From assembly GCA_035543055.1 (NCBI GenBank), contig DATKKJ010000054.1, forward strand, positions 1,716 to 65,715: DNA of 64,000 nt, given 5' to 3'. Positions 19,889 through 27,054 of the stretch are shown here, in pieces. This stretch comes from Terriglobales bacterium. Lineage in GTDB: Bacteria > Acidobacteriota > Terriglobia > Terriglobales > Acidobacteriaceae. The position numbers and the translations under genes are program-made. Below the pieces are notes generated by a model. That model saw only the letters and a list, made by a program, of their open reading frames with translations, was not told where the DNA came from and made no database searches. Positions within the stretch are counted from its first letter, which is position 1; every line of letters starts with the position of its first letter.

Positions 19889-19904
19889 CGTGACGAACAT
19901 CACG
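19889..19904. promoter_or_regulatory. CGTGA-N6-TCACG inverted repeat (weaker member of GTGA-N6-TCAC set)
   Basis: Sequence cgtgacgaacatcacg, centred 78.5 bp upstream of the ferredoxin ATG. Confidence 0.3.
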
Positions 19905-19974
19905 GAGGGACGGCTGGGGCGGACGGTACTTTGGGGATGGCTTCATCCAAGACCCTAGAACGGAGTCATCTTTC

Positions 19975-20226
19975 ATGGCCTACGTGATCACAGATGGTTG
20001 TATCAAGGACTCGCTGTGCGTGAATGCGTGTCCGGTCGATTGCATCCACCCCAAGGAAGACGAGGAGAAGTTCGCAGCCGCGACCCAGTTGTACGTGGAC
20101 CCGGTCACCTGCATCGATTGCGGCGCCTGCGTGGGCGTATGCACGTCCGACTCGATCTTCGCCCTGGACGACGTGCCGGAAGACAAAAAGCAGTTCATCG
20201 AGCTGAACGCAAAGTACTACAACTAA
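19975..20226 (+). CDS. ferredoxin (Fe-S cluster, 7Fe/8Fe type)
   Basis: 83-aa ORF with Cys motifs CxxxxxxCxxxCP and CIDCGACVGVC. Confidence 0.85.
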   Translation: MAYVITDGCIKDSLCVNACPVDCIHPKEDEEKFAAATQLYVDPVTCIDCGACVGVCTSDSIFALDDVPEDKKQFIELNAKYYN

Positions 20227-20261
20227 GCGGGCACAAGATCCGCAGCATCAGGAGGAAAGAA

Positions 20262-20289
20262 GGGGACGCAGAGGCGTCCCCCTTTTTCT
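20262..20289 (+). terminator. Rho-independent terminator
   Basis: Stem GGGGACGC / GCGTCCCC with loop AGAG, followed by CTTTTTCTG. Confidence 0.8.
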
Positions 20290-20295
20290 GTCCGT

Positions 20296-20428
20296 CGCAG
20301 ACATCGCCCCACTGCCGTGGGGCTCGCACTACGCTGCGAGCCGCAGGTCCTCACCCCCTCGCTCCGCTCAGGGCTCGGCACTTTCGCGCCTCGGCAAAGC
20401 ATCCCTACGGGACGGCGCTCAGGATGAC
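20296..20428. repeat. composite of intergenic hairpin repeats ending in CGCTCAGGATGAC
   Basis: Contains CTCGCA..TGCGAG and TCCCTACGGGA hairpins plus the GTCATCCTGAGCG-family terminus (20416-20428). Confidence 0.5.
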
Positions 20429-20440
20429 AAAAAGCAAGGG

Positions 20441-21151
20441 TTAGGCCAGGTCGAACAACAGGATCTCGGCGGGCGGGGAATCGGCGCCGGTGAGCTCGAC
20501 GGACTGTTCGTCGCTGATGGCGGCGCCGTCGCCCTGGCGGAGCGTCTTGCCGTTCACCGTGACCGTGCCGCGGGCCACCTGGACCCAGGCGTGGCGGCCG
20601 GGGGCGAGCTGGTGGCTGACGGTCTTGCCGCTGTCCAGCACGCTGCCGTAGATGCTGGCATCCTGGTGGATGGTGACGGAGCCGTCGCGGCCGTCGCGCG
20701 AAGCGACCAGGCGCAGGCGGTTGCGTTTGTCGTCGTCGGAAAAGGTCTTCTGCTCGTAGCCGGGCTCCAGGTTCTTCTTCTCCGGGAAGATCCAGATCTG
20801 CAGCAGGTGCACCCGTTCGTCCTTGGAGTGGTTGTACTCGCTGTGCAGGACGCCGGTGCCGGCGGTCATGCGCTGCACGTCGCCGGGGCGGATGGTGGAG
20901 CCGTTGCCCATGCTGTCCTTGTGGGCCAGCCCGCCCTCCAGCACGTAGGTGACGATCTCCATGTCGCGGTGGGGGTGGGTGCCGAAGCCGCCCCCGGGCT
21001 GCACGAAATCTTCGTTGATGACGCGCAGGGAACGGAACTGGTGATGTGCCGGGTCGAAATAATCGGCGAAGGAGAACGTATGCCAGGTATTGAGCCAGCC
21101 GTGGTCGAAGTGGCCGCGCTCGGCGGCGGGGCGGATGGTAAGCATGTTCAT
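20441..21151 (-). CDS. pirin family protein (bicupin)
   Basis: ORF 20441-21301 trimmed to [20 protein letters not shown]. Pirin metal motif [15 protein letters not shown]. Confidence 0.9.
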   Translation of the reverse strand: MNMLTIRPAAERGHFDHGWLNTWHTFSFADYFDPAHHQFRSLRVINEDFVQPGGGFGTHPHRDMEIVTYVLEGGLAHKDSMGNGSTIRPGDVQRMTAGTGVLHSEYNHSKDERVHLLQIWIFPEKKNLEPGYEQKTFSDDDKRNRLRLVASRDGRDGSVTIHQDASIYGSVLDSGKTVSHQLAPGRHAWVQVARGTVTVNGKTLRQGDGAAISDEQSVELTGADSPPAEILLFDLA

Positions 21152-21681
21152 AACCTCGGCCGATATAGATGCCGGACGAAGCAAGAACGAAGCGAGCGGG
21201 CACAACCGGGGGTCCTTCAGGGACTTACCGACGATGCCGCGAGGACCTATCTGGCTGTCGAATCTGCCGCCGGTTTGACCGGCTCCGGGCGGGGCTCCCA
21301 ATCATGGTCATGCAGACCATCGAGAAGCTCGTCCGGAGAGATGCGCTTGCGGCAGCGGTAGCAGATGATCACCGCGACGGATTTGTCTCCCCACCATCCC
21401 ATGCGCGCATCATCGACCAGATCGGAGCACAGGACAAGATAACGGGCGTAATGCTCCCTAGTAACCATAAAGGGGACGGGGTGGAAAACCGAGCGGCGGG
21501 TCTGAGGATGGTCGCCTGAATCAACCAGCAAGCCAGAGGCGTTGCGTTGAACGTTTGCGTGGCTTTACGCTTGCGACCCTTGCAAATCCGCCGGGCGACT
21601 TTCCACCCCGAACTTACGACCGCAGCATAACGCGTTGGCGGGGGAGTACAAGATGACGCCGGTCACCTAGGCGGTTACCGA

Positions 21682-21713
21682 TTTCCACGCGGTTGTGGAA
21701 ACTAGTGTGGAAA
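21682..21713. promoter_or_regulatory. TTTCCAC-N6-GTGGAAA inverted repeat plus extra GTGGAAA half-site
   Basis: Read directly. A fourth TTTCCAC lies at 21600-21606. Sits in a 0.7-kb poorly coding gap. Confidence 0.35.
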
Positions 21714-21810
21714 AGCCGGAGATAAATTTCTAAAGGCCGCGCAAGTTGAGGCGTTTCTACAGGTTGCACAGTTTTGAGTGCGGATTGCGGCGGCCTAAAT
21801 GCGTCGGCGA

Positions 21811-21850
21811 CAAAACCCCCACCCAGGCCAAAACCGGGGCTGGGTGGGGT
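21811..21850 (-). terminator. Rho-independent terminator (minus strand)
   Basis: Stem CCCCACCCAG / CTGGGTGGGG, followed on the minus strand by GTTTTGTCG. Lies 15 nt after the stop at 21865. Confidence 0.65.
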
Positions 21851-21864
21851 ACAACCCACGGCAT

Positions 21865-23136
21865 TCAATGGCGCGCGCGCAGGGCCGAGGCAATGCGGTC
21901 CACCGCGAGCAAGTGGGCGGCGGCGCGCAGGCCGATGTGTTCCCGGGCGCCGCAGTCGTGCACCGCCAGGTAAGCTCTCTGGATGCAGTCCTTCATATGC
22001 GCCTCGACATCACCGTTGGTGCGGCAGAGGCCACGCTGGTTGCGCGACCACTCCAGGACCGAGGCCAGCAGGCGCGTGGAGTTGGCGAGGATGTCGGGCA
22101 CGACCAGCACGCCGCGGTCGGCGAGGATGCGGTCGGCGGCGGGGGTGATGGTCTCCTGCACGGCCTCGACGACCACGCCGGCGTGGACCCTGGCGGCGTT
22201 CGCGGCCGTGATCTGGTGTTCGTCGGCGGCGGCCACCAGGAGGTCGCATGAGGTTTCGAGGACCTGCTCGTTGGTCGCGGCTTCGGCACGAGGGAATCCG
22301 AGCATGACGTGGTTGGTCTCGACGTAGGACTGGAGCTCGGCGATGTCGAGGCCATGCGGGTTGTGGAGGCCGCCGGAGAGATCGGCGATGGCGACGACAC
22401 GGGCGCCGGCGTCGTACAGCAGGCGGGCGGCGGCGCCGCCGAGCTTGCCGAATCCCTGGACGGCGACGGTGGCGCCGCGCACCAGGCCTCCGCGCTCCAG
22501 CAACACTTGCTCCAGCAGGAGAAAGAGATTGCGGGCGACCAGGGCGTCGAAGGCAGGCAGGCCCCAGAGTCCCTCGGGCTTGCCGGTGACGGCGGCGGCC
22601 TCCATGTGGCCCGCGGCGCGGATGAAGCCGTCGAACATCCAGGCGGCGGTCTGGGCGTTGCTGCCGATGCCGGGAGCGAGCACGTCGGTGGCTGGGCCGG
22701 CGATGCCGCGCAGGGCATAGACGTACTCCTTGGTGACGTCGCGGAGCTCGCGCTCGCTGAGTCTCTGGGGATCGCAGACGATGGCGCCGGCGCTGCCGCC
22801 GAAGGGCAGATCGAACAGGGCGCACTCCCAGGTCGTGGTCATGGCAGCGGCGCGGACGTGGCTAAGGCGCACGTCGGGGGAGTAGCGCACGCCTCCGAGT
22901 CCCGGTCCCTGCCAGGTGCAGTGCTGGACGCGGTAGGCGGTGACCATGAGCGGAAGTCCGTCGTTGGTGATGAGCGGCAGGTTGAGCGAGAGCTCGCGCT
23001 CGGGATGGCGGAGGCGCTGGACGATCCAGGCCTCCAGATCGAGGTGGCGGGCCGCAGTCTCGAAGTGCAGAGTGGCCTGCACGAGAGGGTCGAAGTCTTC
23101 GGTCTCGGCAGTGGGGAGCAGGGTGTCGGAGATCAT
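21865..23136 (-). CDS. Glu/Leu/Phe/Val dehydrogenase-fold protein, catalytic residues substituted
   Basis: ORF trimmed to MISDTL with a GGGGAGG RBS. Collinear with GDH. Rossmann motif VAVQGFGKLGG is retained. GPxKGG reads GPGLGG, TWKxA reads TWECA, GGxKGG reads GGSAGA, and APDV reads APGI. Confidence 0.85.
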   Translation of the reverse strand: MISDTLLPTAETEDFDPLVQATLHFETAARHLDLEAWIVQRLRHPERELSLNLPLITNDGLPLMVTAYRVQHCTWQGPGLGGVRYSPDVRLSHVRAAAMTTTWECALFDLPFGGSAGAIVCDPQRLSERELRDVTKEYVYALRGIAGPATDVLAPGIGSNAQTAAWMFDGFIRAAGHMEAAAVTGKPEGLWGLPAFDALVARNLFLLLEQVLLERGGLVRGATVAVQGFGKLGGAAARLLYDAGARVVAIADLSGGLHNPHGLDIAELQSYVETNHVMLGFPRAEAATNEQVLETSCDLLVAAADEHQITAANAARVHAGVVVEAVQETITPAADRILADRGVLVVPDILANSTRLLASVLEWSRNQRGLCRTNGDVEAHMKDCIQRAYLAVHDCGAREHIGLRAAAHLLAVDRIASALRARH

Positions 23137-23183
23137 GGGAACCTCCCCGGGGGTTCGCAGGGGCGGACCCCCGAATCCGTCGA

Positions 23184-24386
23184 TCAATCCGCACTGCCGG
23201 GCTGAGGCATGTAGCGCTCAACCACCGGCAGGCGGAAGTGAGGCAGCTCGCGCGGCGGCTCGCTGCGCGGGAAGATGCGCAGGTGGAGCACCGCCAGGCG
23301 GAAGGCCAGCACGGCGGCCGTCACCAGCATGATGGTGACCGCCATCTCCGGCCACTTGGGCACGTACCCGGCGTGCGTGGCCCGCTCCAGCGAGGTGATG
23401 GAGACGTTGATACGGTGCACAATGAAGCCGGCGACGGTAGCGGCGGCGGCCCAGTACAGCCCGATGGGCTGCTGGAAGACGGGCCGCAGGTTGAACATCA
23501 CCAGCGGCACCACCACGAACAGCGCCACCTCCAGCCAGAAGTAAGCGGTCTCCTCGACCGGCTTGAAGAGGTAGCCGAGGGCCTGCTGCCGGGCCAGGTC
23601 GCCGAAGCGGAAGAGCGCGAACAGCACCAGCAAAGGAATGATCATGCGGCGCAGGTCATCCAGCAGCTTCAGGTCGAGACGGACGTTCAGCGAGCGCACC
23701 GAGAGGTACAGGGCCATGATGATGAGGGCCATGCCGGCGGGAATGGCCGACAAGTAGAAGAGTGTCGTCTGGTAATTGCTGTACCAGAGCGGGTACATCT
23801 TGCCCTTGAAGATGATGAACAGCCCGCCCAGGAAGGACTGGTGCAGGGAGGAGAGCAGCACGCCGATCAGCACCAGGCCGATCAGGATGCGGTGCTGCCA
23901 GGCCAGGAAGAGCTCACGGGCGCGCTTCCAGGGGATCTTCTCGGCCAGCGCCGGGGAGAATTCCAGGGCCAGCACCGTGGTGTAAAGCATGATGCACCAG
24001 ACCACTTCAAAGAGGACGGAGGAGCGGTTCCACATGACGATGGGGTGCCAGAAGTTCCAGGGCAGCCCCAACTCCCAGGCGTAGCCGGCGCAGACCGAGA
24101 GATAGCCCAGGAAGGCGATCAAGACGGCGCAGCGGGCGAGTGGGCGGTAGCGCTCCATGCCCAGCAGGTAAACGCCGCCGGCGATGGCGAAGCCGCCGGC
24201 GGAGAGGCCGACGCCGCCCAGGGTGGCCAGCCCGACCCAGATGCCCCAGGGCTGAGCGTTCGACATGTTGGTGGCCACCGCGAATCCCTTCACGAAGCGG
24301 AGGTAGGTGGCCCAGAGGCCGGAGGCGAAGATCAGCGCCACCAGCACGCGCCACATCGTGATCTTGTTGGTGATGGTCTGCAACAT
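23184..24386 (-). CDS. NrfD/PsrC/HybB-type polytopic quinone-interacting membrane subunit
   Basis: 400-aa ORF with ~10 TM helices and an AAGGAG RBS. The sequence pattern resembles HybB/NrfD anchors. Confidence 0.8.
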   Translation of the reverse strand: MLQTITNKITMWRVLVALIFASGLWATYLRFVKGFAVATNMSNAQPWGIWVGLATLGGVGLSAGGFAIAGGVYLLGMERYRPLARCAVLIAFLGYLSVCAGYAWELGLPWNFWHPIVMWNRSSVLFEVVWCIMLYTTVLALEFSPALAEKIPWKRARELFLAWQHRILIGLVLIGVLLSSLHQSFLGGLFIIFKGKMYPLWYSNYQTTLFYLSAIPAGMALIIMALYLSVRSLNVRLDLKLLDDLRRMIIPLLVLFALFRFGDLARQQALGYLFKPVEETAYFWLEVALFVVVPLVMFNLRPVFQQPIGLYWAAAATVAGFIVHRINVSITSLERATHAGYVPKWPEMAVTIMLVTAAVLAFRLAVLHLRIFPRSEPPRELPHFRLPVVERYMPQPGSAD

Positions 24387-24389
24387 GGC

Positions 24390-25154
24390 TCAGCTCCTTT
24401 TCTGCGAGTCGTCGACGCGGCTTTCAGCCAGCGCGACCTCGCGCTTGCGCTGCGTGAACCAATAGAGGCCGGAGAGCAGGGAACCGCCGACCAGGACGAC
24501 GGTCGGCACTTCGCCCAGCGCGGCGGCGCTCAGCGTGGGCAGGGGCTGGTTCATGGGCGCGGTCACGAAGCCCAGGTCCTCGAAGGGGACGTCGGAGAGA
24601 TAGAAGACGGAAGTGCCGCCCACCTCGATCTCGCCGTAGATCTTGCGGACGTAGGCCGGGTTCTCCGCGATGCGCTTGTGGGCCTCGGCCAGCAGGGCCT
24701 CGCGGTCGCCGAACATGGTGGCGCCGGTGGGGCAGACCTCGGCGCAGGCCGTGGGCTTGCCGGCAAGGGTGCGCTCGGCGCACAGGTCGCACTTGGTGAC
24801 GTAGGGCGCCAGCTTGCTCCATTCGTACTTGGGGACGTCGAAGGGGCAGGCGATCATGCAGTAGCGGCAGCCGATGCACTTGCTGCCGTCGTAGCGCACG
24901 GCGCCTTCGCTGGTCTTGATGAGAGCGCCGACCGGGCAGGCCGAGGCGCAGGCCGGGCTCTGGCAGTGCATGCACTGGCGGCGGACGAACTTGCCGCCGC
25001 GCTCGCTCACCACGGTCAGCGCGGTCTCGGAGAGCGCGGTCTCGTGTTCCTTGGGAAATCCGTGGAGCTCCTTGCAGGCTTGCTCGCAGGCCTGGCAGCC
25101 GACGCACTTGGTGATGTCGATCAGTAACGCGTTCGATCTGGTTTCCATGGTCAT
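24390..25154 (-). CDS. 4x[4Fe-4S] ferredoxin-type subunit (HybA/NrfC/DmsB-like) with C-terminal TM helix, no Tat signal
   Basis: Four Cys clusters: CVGCQACEQAC, CMHCQSPACASACP, CIGCRYCMIACP, CDLC..CAEVCP. No twin-arginine in the N-terminus. The start may be the second ATG at 25148. Confidence 0.9.
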   Translation of the reverse strand: MTMETRSNALLIDITKCVGCQACEQACKELHGFPKEHETALSETALTVVSERGGKFVRRQCMHCQSPACASACPVGALIKTSEGAVRYDGSKCIGCRYCMIACPFDVPKYEWSKLAPYVTKCDLCAERTLAGKPTACAEVCPTGATMFGDREALLAEAHKRIAENPAYVRKIYGEIEVGGTSVFYLSDVPFEDLGFVTAPMNQPLPTLSAAALGEVPTVVLVGGSLLSGLYWFTQRKREVALAESRVDDSQKRS

Positions 25155-25181
25155 AACCTCCTCATGCGTTCACTGCCACAG

Positions 25182-25841
25182 CTAGGTCAAAAGGAATTCA
25201 CGGACGACGCGGCGCTGGAGGACCGGCTCCAGGCGCTTGAGCAGACCGGCGACCGGCTGCCCGCCATCCTGCATGACCGCAGCCGACTGAGCAGTCATAG
25301 CAGCCAGGCGGCTGAGCGTGCCCTGCATCCAGGGCGCGACCATCGGCCCCTGCACCAGGTTCTTGAGATTGGTGTTGATCTCGGGCGACTTGATGACGCA
25401 GATCCAGCCTTCCTTGTAGGGATCGGCGACCGCCAGTTCGGGATTGGCGAGCACACCCTGGTTGACCGAGACCAGCACGCCTTCGATGGGAGAGAGCATG
25501 TCCACGGTCTGGCCGTCGAAGCAGACGCTCCACAGCCTCTGCCCTTGACGCACCCAGCGGTTCAGGGCGGCGACTTCAATGCGCTCCGGCTTGCCGATCA
25601 GGGTGGCGGCGAAGGAGTCCAGCCCGATGCGAGCGTTCTGATTGCCTTCGTCGAGCGCCCAGGTATGTCCGGGATGGAAGAAGTAGCCGCGGGGAAGATC
25701 GAAACCCATCTCGCGGGTCATCACCGGTTGCAGAGGCGGGGCCAGGGTCCGGGCGACCGCCGTGCCGACATCCCTGCCCTTGACGAAATAGGTGATCACC
25801 ATGATGAGCAGGAAGGTGAGCAGTACAAAGAGGATCGACAT
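25182..25841 (-). CDS. membrane-anchored GcvH-like (glycine cleavage H fold) protein lacking lipoyl-lysine
   Basis: 219 aa with an AGGAGG RBS and an N-terminal TM helix. Shows a GcvH-like pattern (YFFHPGHTWA, ARIGLDSFAA, SPIEGVLVSVN, DPYKEGWICVIK). The position aligned to the lipoyl-Lys is Gly110. Confidence 0.7.
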   Translation of the reverse strand: MSILFVLLTFLLIMVITYFVKGRDVGTAVARTLAPPLQPVMTREMGFDLPRGYFFHPGHTWALDEGNQNARIGLDSFAATLIGKPERIEVAALNRWVRQGQRLWSVCFDGQTVDMLSPIEGVLVSVNQGVLANPELAVADPYKEGWICVIKSPEINTNLKNLVQGPMVAPWMQGTLSRLAAMTAQSAAVMQDGGQPVAGLLKRLEPVLQRRVVREFLLT

Positions 25842-26035
25842 ACGCGCCTCCTGACTTCCACTGTGGACAGAGCACGTTGGGGCGCAGTCGGAATGTGGTG
25901 AAGGGAAAGGGGTTGGGGGAGGTCAGGAGAGTGGGCGCTGGATTTCGCCTAGCGAAATGCGTGGAAGCGATGCGTTTTGCAGGGGCGTAGAAGCAGCCCG
26001 CCACGAATTCTCGTCGGATTGGTTATTGTGCTCCT

Positions 26036-26854
26036 CTAACGACAGAATTTTTGCAGCTCTGGAGGCGGTGGCAGTGGAATTGCGTCGAATTCGCCGGGCC
26101 ACCCTGTGCAGCCATGAGCGACCACGGCGCGGGCGAAGTCCTTCTCGAGTTTGCGGGCCTTCGTCTTGCCTTCTTCTGTGCGGACGCTGCCAAGATCCGC
26201 TTCAAGTGATTGGAGATCATCCGATCTAACGTCTGGATATCCTGCGTCAGAACTGACGAGGAACCACACATAGCCGTTGAACTTGTCGCGATCTACCCCC
26301 CGCCCCTCTTTCAACAGCGTGCCGAGCCGGTACTGAGCCTGCGGAAGGCCCTGCTCGGCGGCCTTTTGAAACGACTCCGCAGCCAGAGTGTATTCCTGCC
26401 TTTCCAGCCGGATCATACCCAGCAAATATTCGCCGAAGGGATCGCCCTGCGTGGCGGACTTCTGTAGCCATGCGGCGGCCTCAGTCACGTCGCGCGGCGG
26501 AATCAGGCCGGCGAGAATCAGTCGGCCGACGAGCCATTGCGCGAGGGGATCGTTCTGTTGTGCCGCCTTCTTATACCAAGTCAGTGCGTGCGACGCGTCC
26601 TTGGTGACGAGTAGGCCCGTCTCGTAGAGATAGCCGAGCACCACTTGTGCTGGCACGTATCCCATCTCTGCAGATCTGCGGAACAAGCTGACGGAGTTGA
26701 GGTCACTGCGGCTTTGGCTGCTTCCGATAAGGCCGTTCATCGCGCGCTCATATAATTGCGACGCACTATCAGCCTGGGAAGCCGTTTGCGCAAGAACCTG
26801 GCTGAACCCGACAGCCGATAGCGAGAGAATCAGCACAACCAAACACCACCGCAC
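26036..26854 (-). CDS. Sel1-repeat (TPR-like) secreted protein
   Basis: ORF 26036-26971. GTG start at 26854 preceded by an AAGGAG RBS gives a signal peptide. Repeated Sel1 motifs (AEMGYVPAQVVLGYLYETG, AAQQNDPLAQWLVG, ATQGDPFGEYLLG, AEQGLPQAQYRLG). Confidence 0.8.
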   Translation of the reverse strand: MRWCLVVLILSLSAVGFSQVLAQTASQADSASQLYERAMNGLIGSSQSRSDLNSVSLFRRSAEMGYVPAQVVLGYLYETGLLVTKDASHALTWYKKAAQQNDPLAQWLVGRLILAGLIPPRDVTEAAAWLQKSATQGDPFGEYLLGMIRLERQEYTLAAESFQKAAEQGLPQAQYRLGTLLKEGRGVDRDKFNGYVWFLVSSDAGYPDVRSDDLQSLEADLGSVRTEEGKTKARKLEKDFARAVVAHGCTGWPGEFDAIPLPPPPELQKFCR

Positions 26855-27054
26855 GGTCCGCTCCTTCGAAACAAGCTTATCAGGAGAGGAACAACGAAAC
26901 GGCAAGCAATCGCCCGCCGGCGCGGGTTTTTCTCTTGTGCGGTGCTCCCACTGCTTTGCAGTGGCCTTCAAATCCTCCCAGGCGGCTCGACCTTTCCTTG
27001 ACCATCCGGGAGCGGCAGAGCATAATTTCGCCGCTTTCCACAGGAGTCCTGGCC

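Noticed and set aside
25888-25933. G-run cluster (GGGAAAGGGGTTGGGGGAGG...GGG) as a possible G-quadruplex, upstream of the redox operon.
   Set aside because: The fourth G-run is 13-14 nt away. This is weak evidence in a GC-rich genome, and I see no way to judge function from the sequence.
25942-25958. 7-bp inverted repeat ATTTCGC-CTA-GCGAAAT between the Sel1 gene and the redox operon.
   Set aside because: It could be an operator or a weak transcript-end hairpin. It has no T-tract and does not recur in the window, so it is too ambiguous to call.
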